Assembly: GCA_047495785.1 (NCBI GenBank)
Contig: JBLDXI010000038.1
Location: forward strand, 558,001-622,000
Reading direction: 5' to 3'
Source: Lepidodermella squamata
Lineage: Eukaryota > Animalia > Gastrotricha
Length of the DNA: 64,000 nucleotides
A program made the translations under genes and the position numbers. Below the pieces are notes generated by a model. The model ran no database searches and was not told where the DNA came from. It saw only the letters and a program-made list of their open reading frames with translations. Below, one piece after another: positions 50,350 through 62,395 of this stretch. The first letter of the stretch is position 1. Each line of letters begins with the position of its first letter.

Positions 50350-51523
50350 CTAATTGGAACTCGTCGCATTAACCCTGGAGGAATGATTGCCTGGTGGAAC
50401 CTCAACTTCCTTGTAACGAATGTGCGTCCTTGCGTAAATGTCAGCCACGTCATCAAAGCGCATCGCGTAGGTGTATCGAACAACTTCGAACAGTTGGTAC
50501 TGCTTTGGAACCTTTTCGTCAGCCGTAATCGTTTGCCACGTTGTCGAGCAAGATTTCTCCTTCTGCATTAGAACATCAGCCATTTTCGCAGCAGTTCCAA
50601 CTGCGAGGATTACGGTACCAATCACCTGTCGCTTCGATCGTCGTGTACCTACAGATATGTATTTGCGGCGAAAATGGAACACAGAAATATTAGAATTAGA
50701 GTGAAAGCTGGGATCAAATAATACAATTAGTACTGGGCACTGCGCGGCTAACAGATTCGACCTTCAGTCGGGAAATATGAGTAACGAAATTTTCGACTAT
50801 GTCTTCCCGAACCTCAAGAATATAATTATTATTGAAAAAATAGAAAATAATGAAGAAAAGTCGAACCACGTGAAGAGGCTGCTTGAACAGAGAGAGCGGC
50901 GTGAGAAGACGCGTCAATTTGACAGGCAACAGTTTTTGAATTGAAGCCTTCAATACACGCAAGTTTTGCTGATACAGTTTGACGTTGATCTTTTGAAATC
51001 CTTCAAACATTTCAGCATCCGGCGCTTGGCGGTTCAGAACTTTGTTTTTCACGAGAATGATGTTAGGGGCCAGTTGGCTGGCGTTGAACGCCGCTAACGC
51101 CTGCTGCATAAACTTGTCGACGCGACGAGTGAAAACAAATAGCAACGCTCGAATACTTTGATCTTTGAGAAAGTCGACAAATTTAGCTTGGTTTATTCGA
51201 TCTTGATTCTCCGTGTCGAAGTACCTATATGGGTTTTGCCGATTCTTGATGCATTAAAGGGGAATATGGCAAACTTTCAAGTGATACCCTGGAAACTCGA
51301 TTAGCTTTCCTAGATGATCCCAAGCTTCAGCTATCGTGGCTTGTTTCGTAACAGATCGATCGCTTGCACCTTCAAGATAGGGAATTTTCGCGGCAGCAAG
51401 CCGATTAGCGATGTAGCTTTTGCCAGTCCCAGTTTGGCCGAAGATGACGACATAACTGCGCTTGCGATCGCCTTGGCAACTTGAAGTGGCGAAGATCGCG
51501 ATGCAGAAGACAATACTTCTCAT
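50350..51523 (-). CDS. Signal-peptide-bearing AIG1/GIMAP-like P-loop GTPase, paralog A, four exons
   Basis: MRSIVFCIAIFATSSCQG signal; GQTGTGKSYIANRLAA identical to paralog B; EFPG|YFDTE; IRALLFVFT; C-terminal VVRYTYAMRFDDVADIY. Confidence 0.82.
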
Positions 51524-53743
51524 AACCGACGATAAATTGTTGGTGCGAGGCTTTGGGAGTTGAGCTCTTTTACTGTTGCAACCGCTTTTAAAATGGCGTT
51601 TTGAATAACGCAATACAAGCCAGAATGAAAGCTAAATTTCGCGCCCATGGTTTTTCGGGGTCCTATGTCAATAGGCTGTTGGAGGATTAGGCGATCTAGT
51701 TTGTTCGGACAACCTATAGAGTGCTCACTCCCAGTCAAAAACATGCAAAGCCATGGGGGCTATACCTATATATGGCAGGTGATTGTCGTGTCGTAAAAAA
51801 CTGTAGTAATAATTAACAGGCTTTGGATCATCGCTTAACTGAGAGACGGCCGATTTTTGTATACCGAATTTCCCAAGGTTGCTATCTTAGAAGTGGTCGA
51901 TAGGCGACAGAGTAGTCGGTGTTCCTTTTCGACCCTGACCCTTTGAGGCGGTCCACACCTGAACGACTTTTCGAAGCCAAGTTATTCATCAGGTCGAGAC
52001 GATCATTTTGACAGCTGATTTAGATCTAGAACCCCCATATTTTAATTGGTACACATTTTCAAAGTTAATTTACCCTTTATAATCTTTACTTTGTGCGTGC
52101 GAACGATCATGAGTCATCAAAATTGGATGCTCAAAATTAAGCTTTGCGGAAAAAACTCTTTCTCAATAATTACGCAACAATGTTTCCCTTGGCATATCAC
52201 ATTCTTGCAAGGACTCTGGGGACCCTCGGCCCGGCTTTCGAACGTGCCATCCAACGCCAAAAACAAAAGCAACTGCTAGCCCGGCGAAATTTTAAAGCCC
52301 GTGCTCAATCCAATAAATGGCGTGATTAAATAATCATCGTATTAAATCCAGGAAAACTGCTGTAGATTGACATTTGTGCGATCTAGCATGCGCGTTTATA
52401 GACTCATTTTTTGAAGCGTTGTTGAGGAATAAATGTTGTGTATTTACTACCTGTAATTATTTTGTGTTTGATTAAGATCGGAGATCGGGACTGTAAACAC
52501 CGGCTAGACGGGCTAGGGATGAAATATCAGATCATCAGTTATATACTGAAACTGTAAAGTTCTTGTTAAGGCAATTGTATTCCGATGCTCGATATGTTTC
52601 TGTTTAGAATTTCAGGATTATTACTATTTTTAATCGCGGGTAGGTATTCCTGCTTAATGATTATTTTCTGAAATATGAGGTTGTTACGATTTCAAGTTTC
52701 TAGTTTGCTCGAAAATTCATGCGCTGGTATTCCCGGGAAGAAAAGTTCTCTTACAAAGGTATTGTCAGGATTTTTCAATCGCTTTCATAACCTCCCGCTA
52801 ATTAGGAGACCAAACATCCGACTACGGCTGGCTACCAGCCCATCAAAGCGAGGCATTGGCGCCCGAAACAACCTGCTATAATAGGTAGCTCTCGGCAAAA
52901 GAAGCAATGTCATCCCCAATGTTCGTCCCATCAAGACTGGATCGATCATTGGCGTTCCATTGGCGTTTTCGGCAAAATAAGACAAACGCAATAAGACCTT
53001 TCTTTTATTGTACGATCAACTCCATTTGCGTCGTAATGAAATCGTTACATCCGCCAGTCGAACAGATTAATAGGTACAAGTGTTAATAATTATACCATCA
53101 TAATTGCATCTCTCTTCGTTTTTCGTTTCCACAAGAAAACAAACAGCAGCAGTTTGAAGAGTGAATAACGTGTGCAGATGATAATCAAGTTTCAGCAGTA
53201 AATTTTTCAAACAACGTGCAGATTAAACACGATTAGCACAATGCACGCTTTCGCAGACTCGATTCAACAAACAACCGAAATATCTGAAATCATCGATTTT
53301 TAGAAAAACTTCATATAAAATTTTTATATTGCGCGATCTCGAATAAATAGGCATTTGACACAGCTTTTCGTTTTCAATTAATATAATATCACCATAATCT
53401 TGGCTCATAAACTCGCCACCTTAAAATAATACGTTTTCAGTCATGGCTCGAGATATAAAAGGATTTGACTGGAAGTTTTAGGATAAAATAACGTTAAGGA
53501 AGCCCAAGAATAAAAAGAGAACAATCGAAGTTGACCCTGCAATAGATTGCGATTCTGGAAGATTTTTTTACAAAAATTTTATAAATTGGCGGTCAAGCAT
53601 TAGCAAGCATCAGCAGTTCATAATTTTGCGCGGGAATTTTCATCAGCAAAAAATTCGTTGTAATAATGTATAGTAACAATGAACACATAGATATTCCGAG
53701 TACAGGGTAAGGAAAACTTGTTGATTGGTTGCTTTCAACTCGC

Positions 53744-54609
53744 TCATCCACGATTAGCTGGAATAGCAGCAGTAGTAGGAGCCTGTGTTGGCGGAGCATG
53801 GGTTGTCGTTTTTGTTTCCGATGATCCGCTGTCGAATACACCAGTCGTACCCAAAATGATAAGCACAATGACGAGAACGATGATGAAAAGACTGAAAACA
53901 ATCAGCACGTCATTTTATCATAATTAAAGGAGATTTTCAGCAAAGTTTTACCTTCCTCCGATGATTAGTTTCATTCGCATGTTTTCCCACCAAAACTTTT
54001 TACGAACTTCTTTTGTAGTGTTTCGGAACTGATCAGCCTTAACTTCGAGTTCCTCTGCCCGGTCCATAAGGTCGTCCAGCTTCTCGCCGCGGTCCATCAC
54101 TTTTTTGACGTTTTGCACCATGACGTCCTTGACCTCGTCGACTTTCGCCTGCATATCGCGCACCTGCTGGCTAGGATCGGCCTTTGAATGCTTCTCCATC
54201 TGCATTTGCAGCGTCGAACCGAACGACCATGAGAGGCCGCCGGCGCCTGCGTCGACAACACGGCTGAACAAATCGGCGGTTTCGAAATTGCGTTTCAGCG
54301 CTTCGAGGCAGTTGAAAGAGCGCTGCTTTCCAAAACTTGTCGGCGCCATCACGGCGAATGCAACGCCGCGATCAATTAGGACGAAAACAGTCAGGCCCCT
54401 AGAATTATCCGAAGTTAATACATTTTCAGGGAAAAAATACGCTTGAATTACCCGTCGACATTAAATGCGGTTTTCTCTCCACTACGGCTAGTTTGAACTT
54501 GTGGTAGAACGCTCTTGAAGACGGATTCGTAGGAGCCAGGGCCGACTTGGTGGCTGCATAAAATTTGTCGATTGTAGACAACAGCGCCGTATAAAATGTC
54601 TGAAGCCAT
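53744..54609 (-). CDS. VAMP7: Longin R-SNARE, VAMP7-like, three exons
   Basis: N-terminal longin-like MASDILYGAVV...; SNARE motif VDEVKDVMVQNVKKVMDRGEKLDDLMDRAEEL...KKFWWENMRM; TM helix in the last exon. Confidence 0.82.
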
Positions 54610-55100
54610 CGTTGATTTTTTTAAGCAATTTGTTTAATAAAATAAAATCGCGGCTAAATCGAGAATGAAAATCATGTAAACGGACAATCACTTTCGCGTT
54701 TTATTAAACGGTGGAGGCGTCGCACACTGGTGCGCCGAATCTTTCTTCTGTTTTTTCTGAGGGTCAACCACACATTTACATATTATCATTAGTAATTTCG
54801 CAACTCTAAAACTGTGGCGTTTGCTAAATAGTATAGTTATGTACATCGGTACGTACATGCACGACACTATGCACGCATCAAGAAAAGATTAATTATTATT
54901 CAGAGAATCGGCTGCCGTGGCAGTTTCTTTTCTTCTCTTCTCTCGATTTCACGGTGTGTGTATTTCATCATCGTCATCATCATTATTTTATATATATATT
55001 TATTATAGTATTTTCAGTGTAATCCTTATGCAGCGAGGATGGTTGCTAAGAAAACGGTGTGCAGATAGGTTTATTTTTTCTTCGGGACAGTCTGGTTGCT

Positions 55101-56781
55101 CTACGAAATAAGTTGCTCAAGATATGGGGTGTCCGTCAGGTCGCCAACGGCGGCCATGCTCGTTCGCGAGCCAGCTGCCCTCTTCGCGACCTGTCAAAAA
55201 ACGGGTGCACATAGAAAGCGAACTCAGCGCCCATTGCATTTCTTACCTGAAGAACGTCGTTCATGGTGACGGCGTCGATCTGAGCCATCGCCTGTTCATG
55301 CGACGGAGCCAGTTCACCGGAGACGAGCGCGGCTTGGGCCAGAGCTTCGGTGTAGTTCGCGTCTTGTTCGAGCGAAAACAACAGATCGGCCTTGGCTTGT
55401 TGCCTAATATCAAGAAGTTATCAATTTTTGTAGTCTTGAACATTATTATCATGGAGCTGTCATGTGCCTATCACTTCAGCTACCTATAGGCTTATTGCTC
55501 TCTACACTTACTTGGCAACTTTAAGCTCGTTTTCGGTCAGGCTGCCATTTGCGATTTTAGCGGTTTCGAGCACAGCCGCGCGCGCCGCCTTGCCGGCGAG
55601 CGCTGGATCAACCGACAAGAAGAAGCCGAACAGACCGCAGTCGGAGTAATTGTAGTTAAGACCGGTGACGGCGAAACCAGAGCCGCTAGGGAGGGCACCT
55701 GCGACAGCCTTTGCTAGGCGGCCGTGGTTCTGGCTCGCAGACCATTTGACGCGTGGTCCCGCGCCGAAAACACGCTGGAGGACGAAGGCGGCCGGGCTCT
55801 GTTTGCTGCCCTGGGCAACTCCTTCGCCAGCTACGGCGATCAAAGCGAGGTTCGAATCGGCATCCTCGCGGTGCTGGCCGCCGTGATATTTAGCTGCTTC
55901 GTCATTAGCATTAACCGCGACGTGCTTATCTTTGTGTGGGGCCTCAGCTGGCTTGCTGCCTACTGGAAAGTGGCGGACCGAGGGGGGAGGGGCAGTGAGA
56001 ATCGAGTTGGTGCGACCCTTCAGCCAATCATGAGGACAGCCGAATCCAACCAACGCCATGCGATCATGTCGGTAATGGGCATCGAAGTAATGCTTGACTT
56101 GTTCGCTTTCGAAGTTTCCGATCATAAATTCAGGCGCATATAATGAGCGGCCCACAGTAGTGCGGAAAGCCGCCTGGTGTAGCAACTCGATAACACGCTC
56201 CTCGTGATTTTGTTTGTGGAGAGCTAGATCAATTTCCATTTGATGGTGCAAGCACTCAATTTCCCAGTGGTGGAATTCCGGTTCAAACACAACCTCCATG
56301 AGGCAACCCAAAGCTACGTCTGCTTTGCTACGGTCAGCTTCAATGGAGTAGATGATGTGCTCTTTTGTACCGGTAGTAGTTAAAGAAGCTCCGATCTGCT
56401 GCACGGTGCGAGTCAATGCGATGGCTGTCTTGTTCTTGGTGGCAAGGTTTGCAGCGCTCCGAAGGCAATGCGAAACACCAAGATTAAAGCCGCTCTCATG
56501 CCGAGAGCCAGCGCGTACGTATAGCGACAGCCTAGTAACAGGCGAATGATTTTCCACAGATACAATCCTCAGACGTTCCGCAGTCAACTAGAGAAAATTC
56601 ACACCATAGTCATGTAAATTAACCGGGTTTAATGTTTAATTCTACCTTTGGCTCTTGTGCAAGGCGCCCTGACGTACGCGCGGCAGACTGTTGGGCAACG
56701 GCCTTAAGATATATGATGATTAACACATAGAAATAAGGATAGCAAACAATAACTTACTCGGAGTTGAGGAAGAAGCTTCAT
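55101..56781 (-). CDS. UQCRC2: Cytochrome b-c1 complex core protein 2 (peptidase M16 family)
   Basis: SVENHSPVTRLSLYVRAGSRHES...LGVSHCLR (no HxxEH), LHQAAF, FGAGPRVKW, NYNYSDCGLFG, C-terminal TPYLEQL. Confidence 0.93.
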
Positions 56782-58974
56782 TTTGACTTCCGGCAACAGC
56801 AAAGGCAACGAATAAATGCCTACAAACGAACCAAAACAACACATTGTAATTCAAAATCATAACCCACAGGATTTGAAAAAAATCTAAGACACAGATAGAT
56901 CGTGCGCCACACATACCCATGTCAGCTCTTTGATAATCATTAATCATCTCGTAAGGCTTCATTGAAGAGTAGAAAAGCGACATATAACTTCTGAGCCGTG
57001 GCGAAACGGTCAGCGATCAACGGTTTGCGGCAGGAATATATAACTATATAATGCGTGCGATCGTGAGCGATTGTAAATCGGGTGTTAATCGGTATTTACG
57101 CAGTTCAACAGTGAGATGCTGCTTGGCGAGTTGTAACAAGATGTTCATGTAAATCATTTGAGGTATTATCGATTTCATTAATCAGCAATAAGCCACAGGC
57201 TAGCATAAAAAAGCACACAGACGGACGAACATGCTTATGAAAAATGCAAATATCCTGGTAACTTATTCAAACCAAGATTAAGTTCCCCTGATTTGCGGTA
57301 ACCGCCAACAAGGCTGTCAGGAGCCAACAATAATGAGAACCTGAAGTAAGCGTTGTTCAGCGTTCAGCTTGACTTGCGGTTCGCATTTCGCATATGAATA
57401 AAAATAGTCTAAGCTTTTTCCTTTTTTAAGGAAGACGCAAGTAGTTTGTAAGGCGTTTGTAAGGCGTTTGTAAGTTTGTAAAGCGTAAGACGCAAGACCA
57501 TAACGTTAGCTCGCGTTGCGGCAAACGACAAACGACAAACCAAAATTCACAGGCCAGAATTTCGTTATCCGTACTCTTATTATTATTATTATTATTATTA
57601 ATGAGTGTACATTTAAAAAATTTCACTGTAGTGAAGAGGAGGTCAGGATTAGATCACTGAGCATTTTCCACGTTTCACGGTTTGAGGCTACCTCTCGAAG
57701 GCGCAGAAGATCATAACCCCGTACTCTTGGTGTGCCTAAAACGCGTAATTATGGTAGTTAAAGACAACATGTAAAACGATTCTAGTTCTGGTAATTAGAA
57801 AAGGGGTAAACAGGTTTGACCTGCATTGCCAGAAGTTCGCGATATCGGGTCTTCTCTCTTCCCCAGGTGATCGAAATCCCAATTTTGTCGTCCCAATTTA
57901 TTTTTCACACATTTATAACAAACTTTGAAATATTTAAAAAATATTTGTATTGATAAATAACTCGAATAAATAAAATCATATTGCCGCAGGAGATTCTCCT
58001 CTATGGCGCTATCAATATTTCCTTGTGAATCACGTTGATGGTTGATTTGACGGAAAACTTCCAGCAGAATGGTTTTTTTCGCCATAGCATTATGGTTTTT
58101 GTTGATAGCGTGATAAAAGAAAATTTTAGGAAGAAAAATTTTGAACAAATTATCTTTCCCTGTGACGTAATCGCTCTTTGATGCCATCTTACGCTTATTT
58201 GGCGGCGTCAAATATTCAAACCGAAACCTTACTCTTACTTTTGATCGATCGTAATCAGATGTTTCATATGTCAATAGATAGCCCTTGAAATTCTCTTTAG
58301 ATGATATGACATTAAAACTGTCCTATTGTTTCTTTATCGTATGATGTGGGCTTAAATGACTGTATTCTGTCGAGAAAGATATTTACGGAGCTGCCACTGT
58401 TGACAGAAGACATATCTAAGTCATTTGTTGGCGTCATAGTGTTGGTGGTTGATCGTTTCATGAATCGTAGTGTTGTTCTGTGTTGTATTTACTAGCGAAA
58501 TACTAAATTTGAGCTTGGATTGGTTATGAAGTGGCTCTGAAGCTGTTGGTAGAAACTAATGTTGTTGCCTGAACCCTTGTATTAGCAGAACCTGGAGTTC
58601 AACAATAGTTAGTTAACAATAGTTTGTTGATAGTTAGCTAACTTAGCTAACCTTTTCCTTCTAACCAGGGTGACAGAAAGTTTTTAGAATACCGAGCTTT
58701 ATCCTAGATCGAGAAGCTTTTCGCTCAAGCTTTGCAAATGTTTGGGGTTGAATAGAGTGCTAGAAGTGTTTATTTAGCATAAAAACTGAACGGGTATGAC
58801 GCCTAAACGTGGAAAACACCAATTCAATGCTAGAAGTCTCAGAAAAGTTGTTTCACCGCAGGTCCCATTGAGGAAGAAGGAGAAGCTCTCAATCAGGCAA
58901 TCCGAGAGTTTGCTGTAATAATTGACGGTGATTATGAAGCCCTACTAGCACAAGACTATCCGAACGCCTTAGAT

Positions 58975-60125
58975 TTGGATTTGTTCGACCCAGGAATGCA
59001 CGACAACCCAGATTTTAATGTGCCACCACCTGTTGCGCCTCTGGCACCGGTAGCAGTAAACAACTGGATTCCCAACGTTGCATCTGCCATGGCTCCCTAT
59101 CTTGAGGCTGACGTGCCGCTTTACGATTTAGGCCCTATGAATGCAGCATGTGAACACTGCGGTGCGCAACACTTCTCTGACGAACGCCTAACTAATTCTT
59201 CGCCAGATCACCCCGAATTTGCTCAGTGCTGTCAGCATGGTCAGGTTATACTTGACCCTATAAAGGAGCCTCCTCTTTATTTGCGACGCTTACTCAAAGG
59301 AGAACAACAATCGACTCAGTTTCTACTGAATGACAGAAAATACAATAATTGCCTTTCATTTACTTCGATGGGGTGCAAAGATGTCACGCCAAATTTCGGT
59401 GCTTTCAAGGTGCAGGGTTCTCTCTACCAGTGACACGGAGCTCTCTTACCAGATGAAGGAAGTGAACCCCGTTATATGCAAGTTTATTTCGTTCAATCCT
59501 CCTCTGAGCAAGTCGCCATACGCAAGAACTTCCAATACGGATCCGAAACTCACATTAACACGGTCGTCTTGACGAATTTGCAAGAAATGATGTATGACGT
59601 CAATCCATTCGTCCGCATTTACGACTACAGCTTGAATACTCTTCGGCAAGCTCCTGAACGAACTATGCGAATCAAAGCAAGTGTTAACGGACTCGATCGC
59701 CGGCGTTATAATGCGCCACAATCTGCCAACGATGAGGTTGCAGCAATTGTTTGCGATGACGAGTCTGCTGAGAGCTCACATCGAGACATCATTCTTCGTT
59801 TGAAGGGTGGTCCTCTTCAACGCTCTTCAACGGTTCCTCTTCTTCACAAGGAAATACAGAGTATGGATTCGGATAAACGTTGGGAATTCGGTTGACATAA
59901 TCAACAAGGAGACACACGCCTGTTACGATCCCCTAAGCTATCCGATCATGTTCCCTGGGGGTGATCTTGGCTGGGACATCACCATGCAGCGAGTCAAATT
60001 GAAACCTAACCAAAAGCAAACCAAGATTTCAGCACGTGACTATATTCAACATGGAATTTTCATTCGTGGGATGCCTGTCATACATTTGTACGGCAAATTA
60101 TTTCAGCAGTACATCGTCGATGTAT
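58975..60125 (+). pseudogene. Decayed Helitron Rep/helicase N-terminal region
   Basis: LGPMNAACEHCGAQHF, CCQHGQV, RKYNNCLSFTSMG, RRYNAP...EVAAI, RDIIL, YDPLSYPIMFPGGDLGW, GKLFQQYIVD. In-frame stop at 59431-59433, an insertion/frameshift near 59825-59895, and truncation before the HUH and helicase domains. Confidence 0.9.
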
Positions 60126-61990
60126 TCTTCATGCGATTGTATTCTTCGCGTGAGGGCTCGCCTTCCACTGGCATGAAACGGCGCCTGGTTTGAACCGCCG
60201 TTCGTTGCGCTCCGAAGATGAAAGTTTTGCTCTTCGGACGGTCTTCCTCGGGTAGCGATTGGACGAAGAGCGGCCATGTTTTCTTCGTCAATCCCAACAA
60301 CATTGAGGTTGATAGCGGTTTTCCATCCTCCGCCAAGAAAAACCGCCGAGCTGCTTTATCGGAAACCGGGCGAAGATTCGGCGGACATGTTTGTGATAAT
60401 AGGCGAGTTCCTCGACGGCAAACGGATCCAGTGTCAAGTCACAAATGTAGTTTCGACCGATAGTTTTTCCAACTAAAAATAGAACATTTATTAAGGTGGA
60501 ATATCTTTAAATAATTATAAGACAAATGCCTACTAAATTTACAAGGGCCCTCTCACTCAATTTGGGTAATCAGAACTAGTAAAAAAAATTAAAATTTGCT
60601 GAACTTACAACGTGCATGCAAGGTGATAAAGCCGTTTGTGAACTTGGTCTGCTGATCCCAGTCAATATGCTCCAACATCCACGCCGTAATCGGACGATTG
60701 GCATTGCGCGCGCAAATCAGCAACACGCAGCCCAACGCAGCGTCATTCGGTGATAATTTTTGCTCGGCCCGTTTCCTTCGGTTCGATTCGACTACGAAGG
60801 TTGCATAGTCATGCGCGATCCATGGGGCGAAAGTGCGATCGGCAACGTGCCTTGCAGCAGCTGACTCGAATTTGCGTTGAAAATTTAGTTCCGCAATGGG
60901 TCCCTCAACGGTCATAACAACAGCCGAAGCCTTGAAAACTTGAATCGCATTGAAGCGATATTTCAGGATATGATGCAGTAAAAACTGCGGCAGGGCCTTC
61001 ACTCGGGTGTATTGTGCACTCTTCCCAACCTGGTTTTTACCAGCTTGCAAACTGCCCTTCAATGAATCTGATTCACGCAGCTTTTTATCCCAAAAGCGGA
61101 TCGAGAGCAAATCATCAATTGTCTTCACTCCGAAAACTTGAAACAGCCCAATTATTGCGTTGACCTGGTTCCGAGTTGTGGCTTCGACCCGATCTTCGTT
61201 GAAGCCGTAAAGTTTCTCGGAGACGTCGCCGAAACGATCGACCAAAAATTGGATCTGGCGTTCACAACGAGGCAATCGCTCTCGAATCGAATCGGAGATA
61301 GGTGCCAACGGGTCAAACGGCTGATATTTGGATTGCAAATAGGCCCCGTGTTGTTTTTCAAATTCCGTTGGGTTATGATTCAAACTCAATGCCAAACTTT
61401 CGTTTTTCGAGATTTTGCTGGGCAGGGCCAAAATCCAGTACGCAATCATGCTGTACGTGACTTCGGTATTAGACTCCAGAGGAGAGCTCGCGGTCTCGCT
61501 TGGTGTGTTTGAAACAGGATCATGCGCGGCTACATGCTGTTCGCCACTGACATCAGACGTTGAGATCGGGGAAATAGAAACTGACCCTGTTGAAGAAGTC
61601 GAATTCGAGAACAGGCTCCTCGCGATTCGTTTAGACTGTTTAGGTGTTTGAAACACCTCGGCAAAAGGTTCCTCGATCAAGTGACGAACTTCTGGCTCGT
61701 AGCAAAATTTATAGTGATCGGGATTTTCCGCCGCAGAGTATTTTAGATTGCACTTGGGGCACCTAACTCGCTTCGGCGGCTTGGGAACTTGTTTCGCGTC
61801 AGCAGCTTTCGCCATCTTGAGCTCATCTGAATCCCCCGAACAGCTAGCGAACTTGCAAGTCTTCACATGAAGGAACAGATAATCACTTCTGTGTATCTTG
61901 GGTTGCGGATGATCGTATGGGCATTGTAAATAGCGATGACGATCCGAATATTTATTCGAAACCGAGCTTGTTTCAAACCGACCTTTCCCA
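60103..61990 (-). mobile_element. Degenerate tyrosine-recombinase (Crypton-like) gene with N-terminal zinc fingers
   Basis: Cys/His fingers (CPY...H..TC; CPKC...H..FC); ICARNANRP (catalytic-Arg-like box); spliced ITLHAR|FGKT (Lys box); YHKHVR; FFLAEDGKPLS; GAQRTAVQT. One frameshift near 60360, and no H/Y box before the Helitron junction. Confidence 0.55.
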
Positions 61991-62235
61991 TCTGTAAGAA
62001 AAATGGAGAATTATTGTCATGAAGGTTTGAAGGATGCGCTACCGGGGAAAACTAAGTTTCCAACCCTCTGAACTTATCGAATCGGAATTGTTAATTGTTA
62101 CATAATATAATACGGAACCGATGATGTTCGCTTTTATAACTCATTTCCGAAGTTCATAAATCAAATCAGATCGAATCAAGGGTTATTCATCAGAATAATT
62201 TTAGAATCTGATTTGGGTAATTGAACTTCAAAAAT

Positions 62236-62395
62236 AATTCCTGGTTTTTGGGAAAATTGTCGGTAGTGCTAAAATCCTTAATTTAGGTCTCTGTATAGGT
62301 CTATAGCCATGTAAAAGAGCCCCACTAAAACAGATAGTCCAACCCTAAATTAAGGATTTTAGCACTACCAAAAATTTTCCCAACGATCAGGAATT
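62236..62395. repeat. Long inverted repeat (~50-bp arms, ~56-bp spacer)
   Basis: GGTAGTGCTAAAATCCTTAATTTAGG (62262-62287) is the reverse complement of CCTAAATTAAGGATTTTAGCACTACC (62344-62369). Pairing extends outward imperfectly. Confidence 0.9.

Noticed and set aside
56825-57180. U17/snR30-like motifs ATATTCCTG and AAACCGT upstream of UQCRC2 (minus strand)
   Set aside because: The motifs are only 4 nt apart and far from the ACA; the geometry does not fit U17.
57440-57490. TTGTAAGGCGT tandem repeat as a CRISPR-like or telomeric array
   Set aside because: About three adjacent copies with no spacers; a simple minisatellite.
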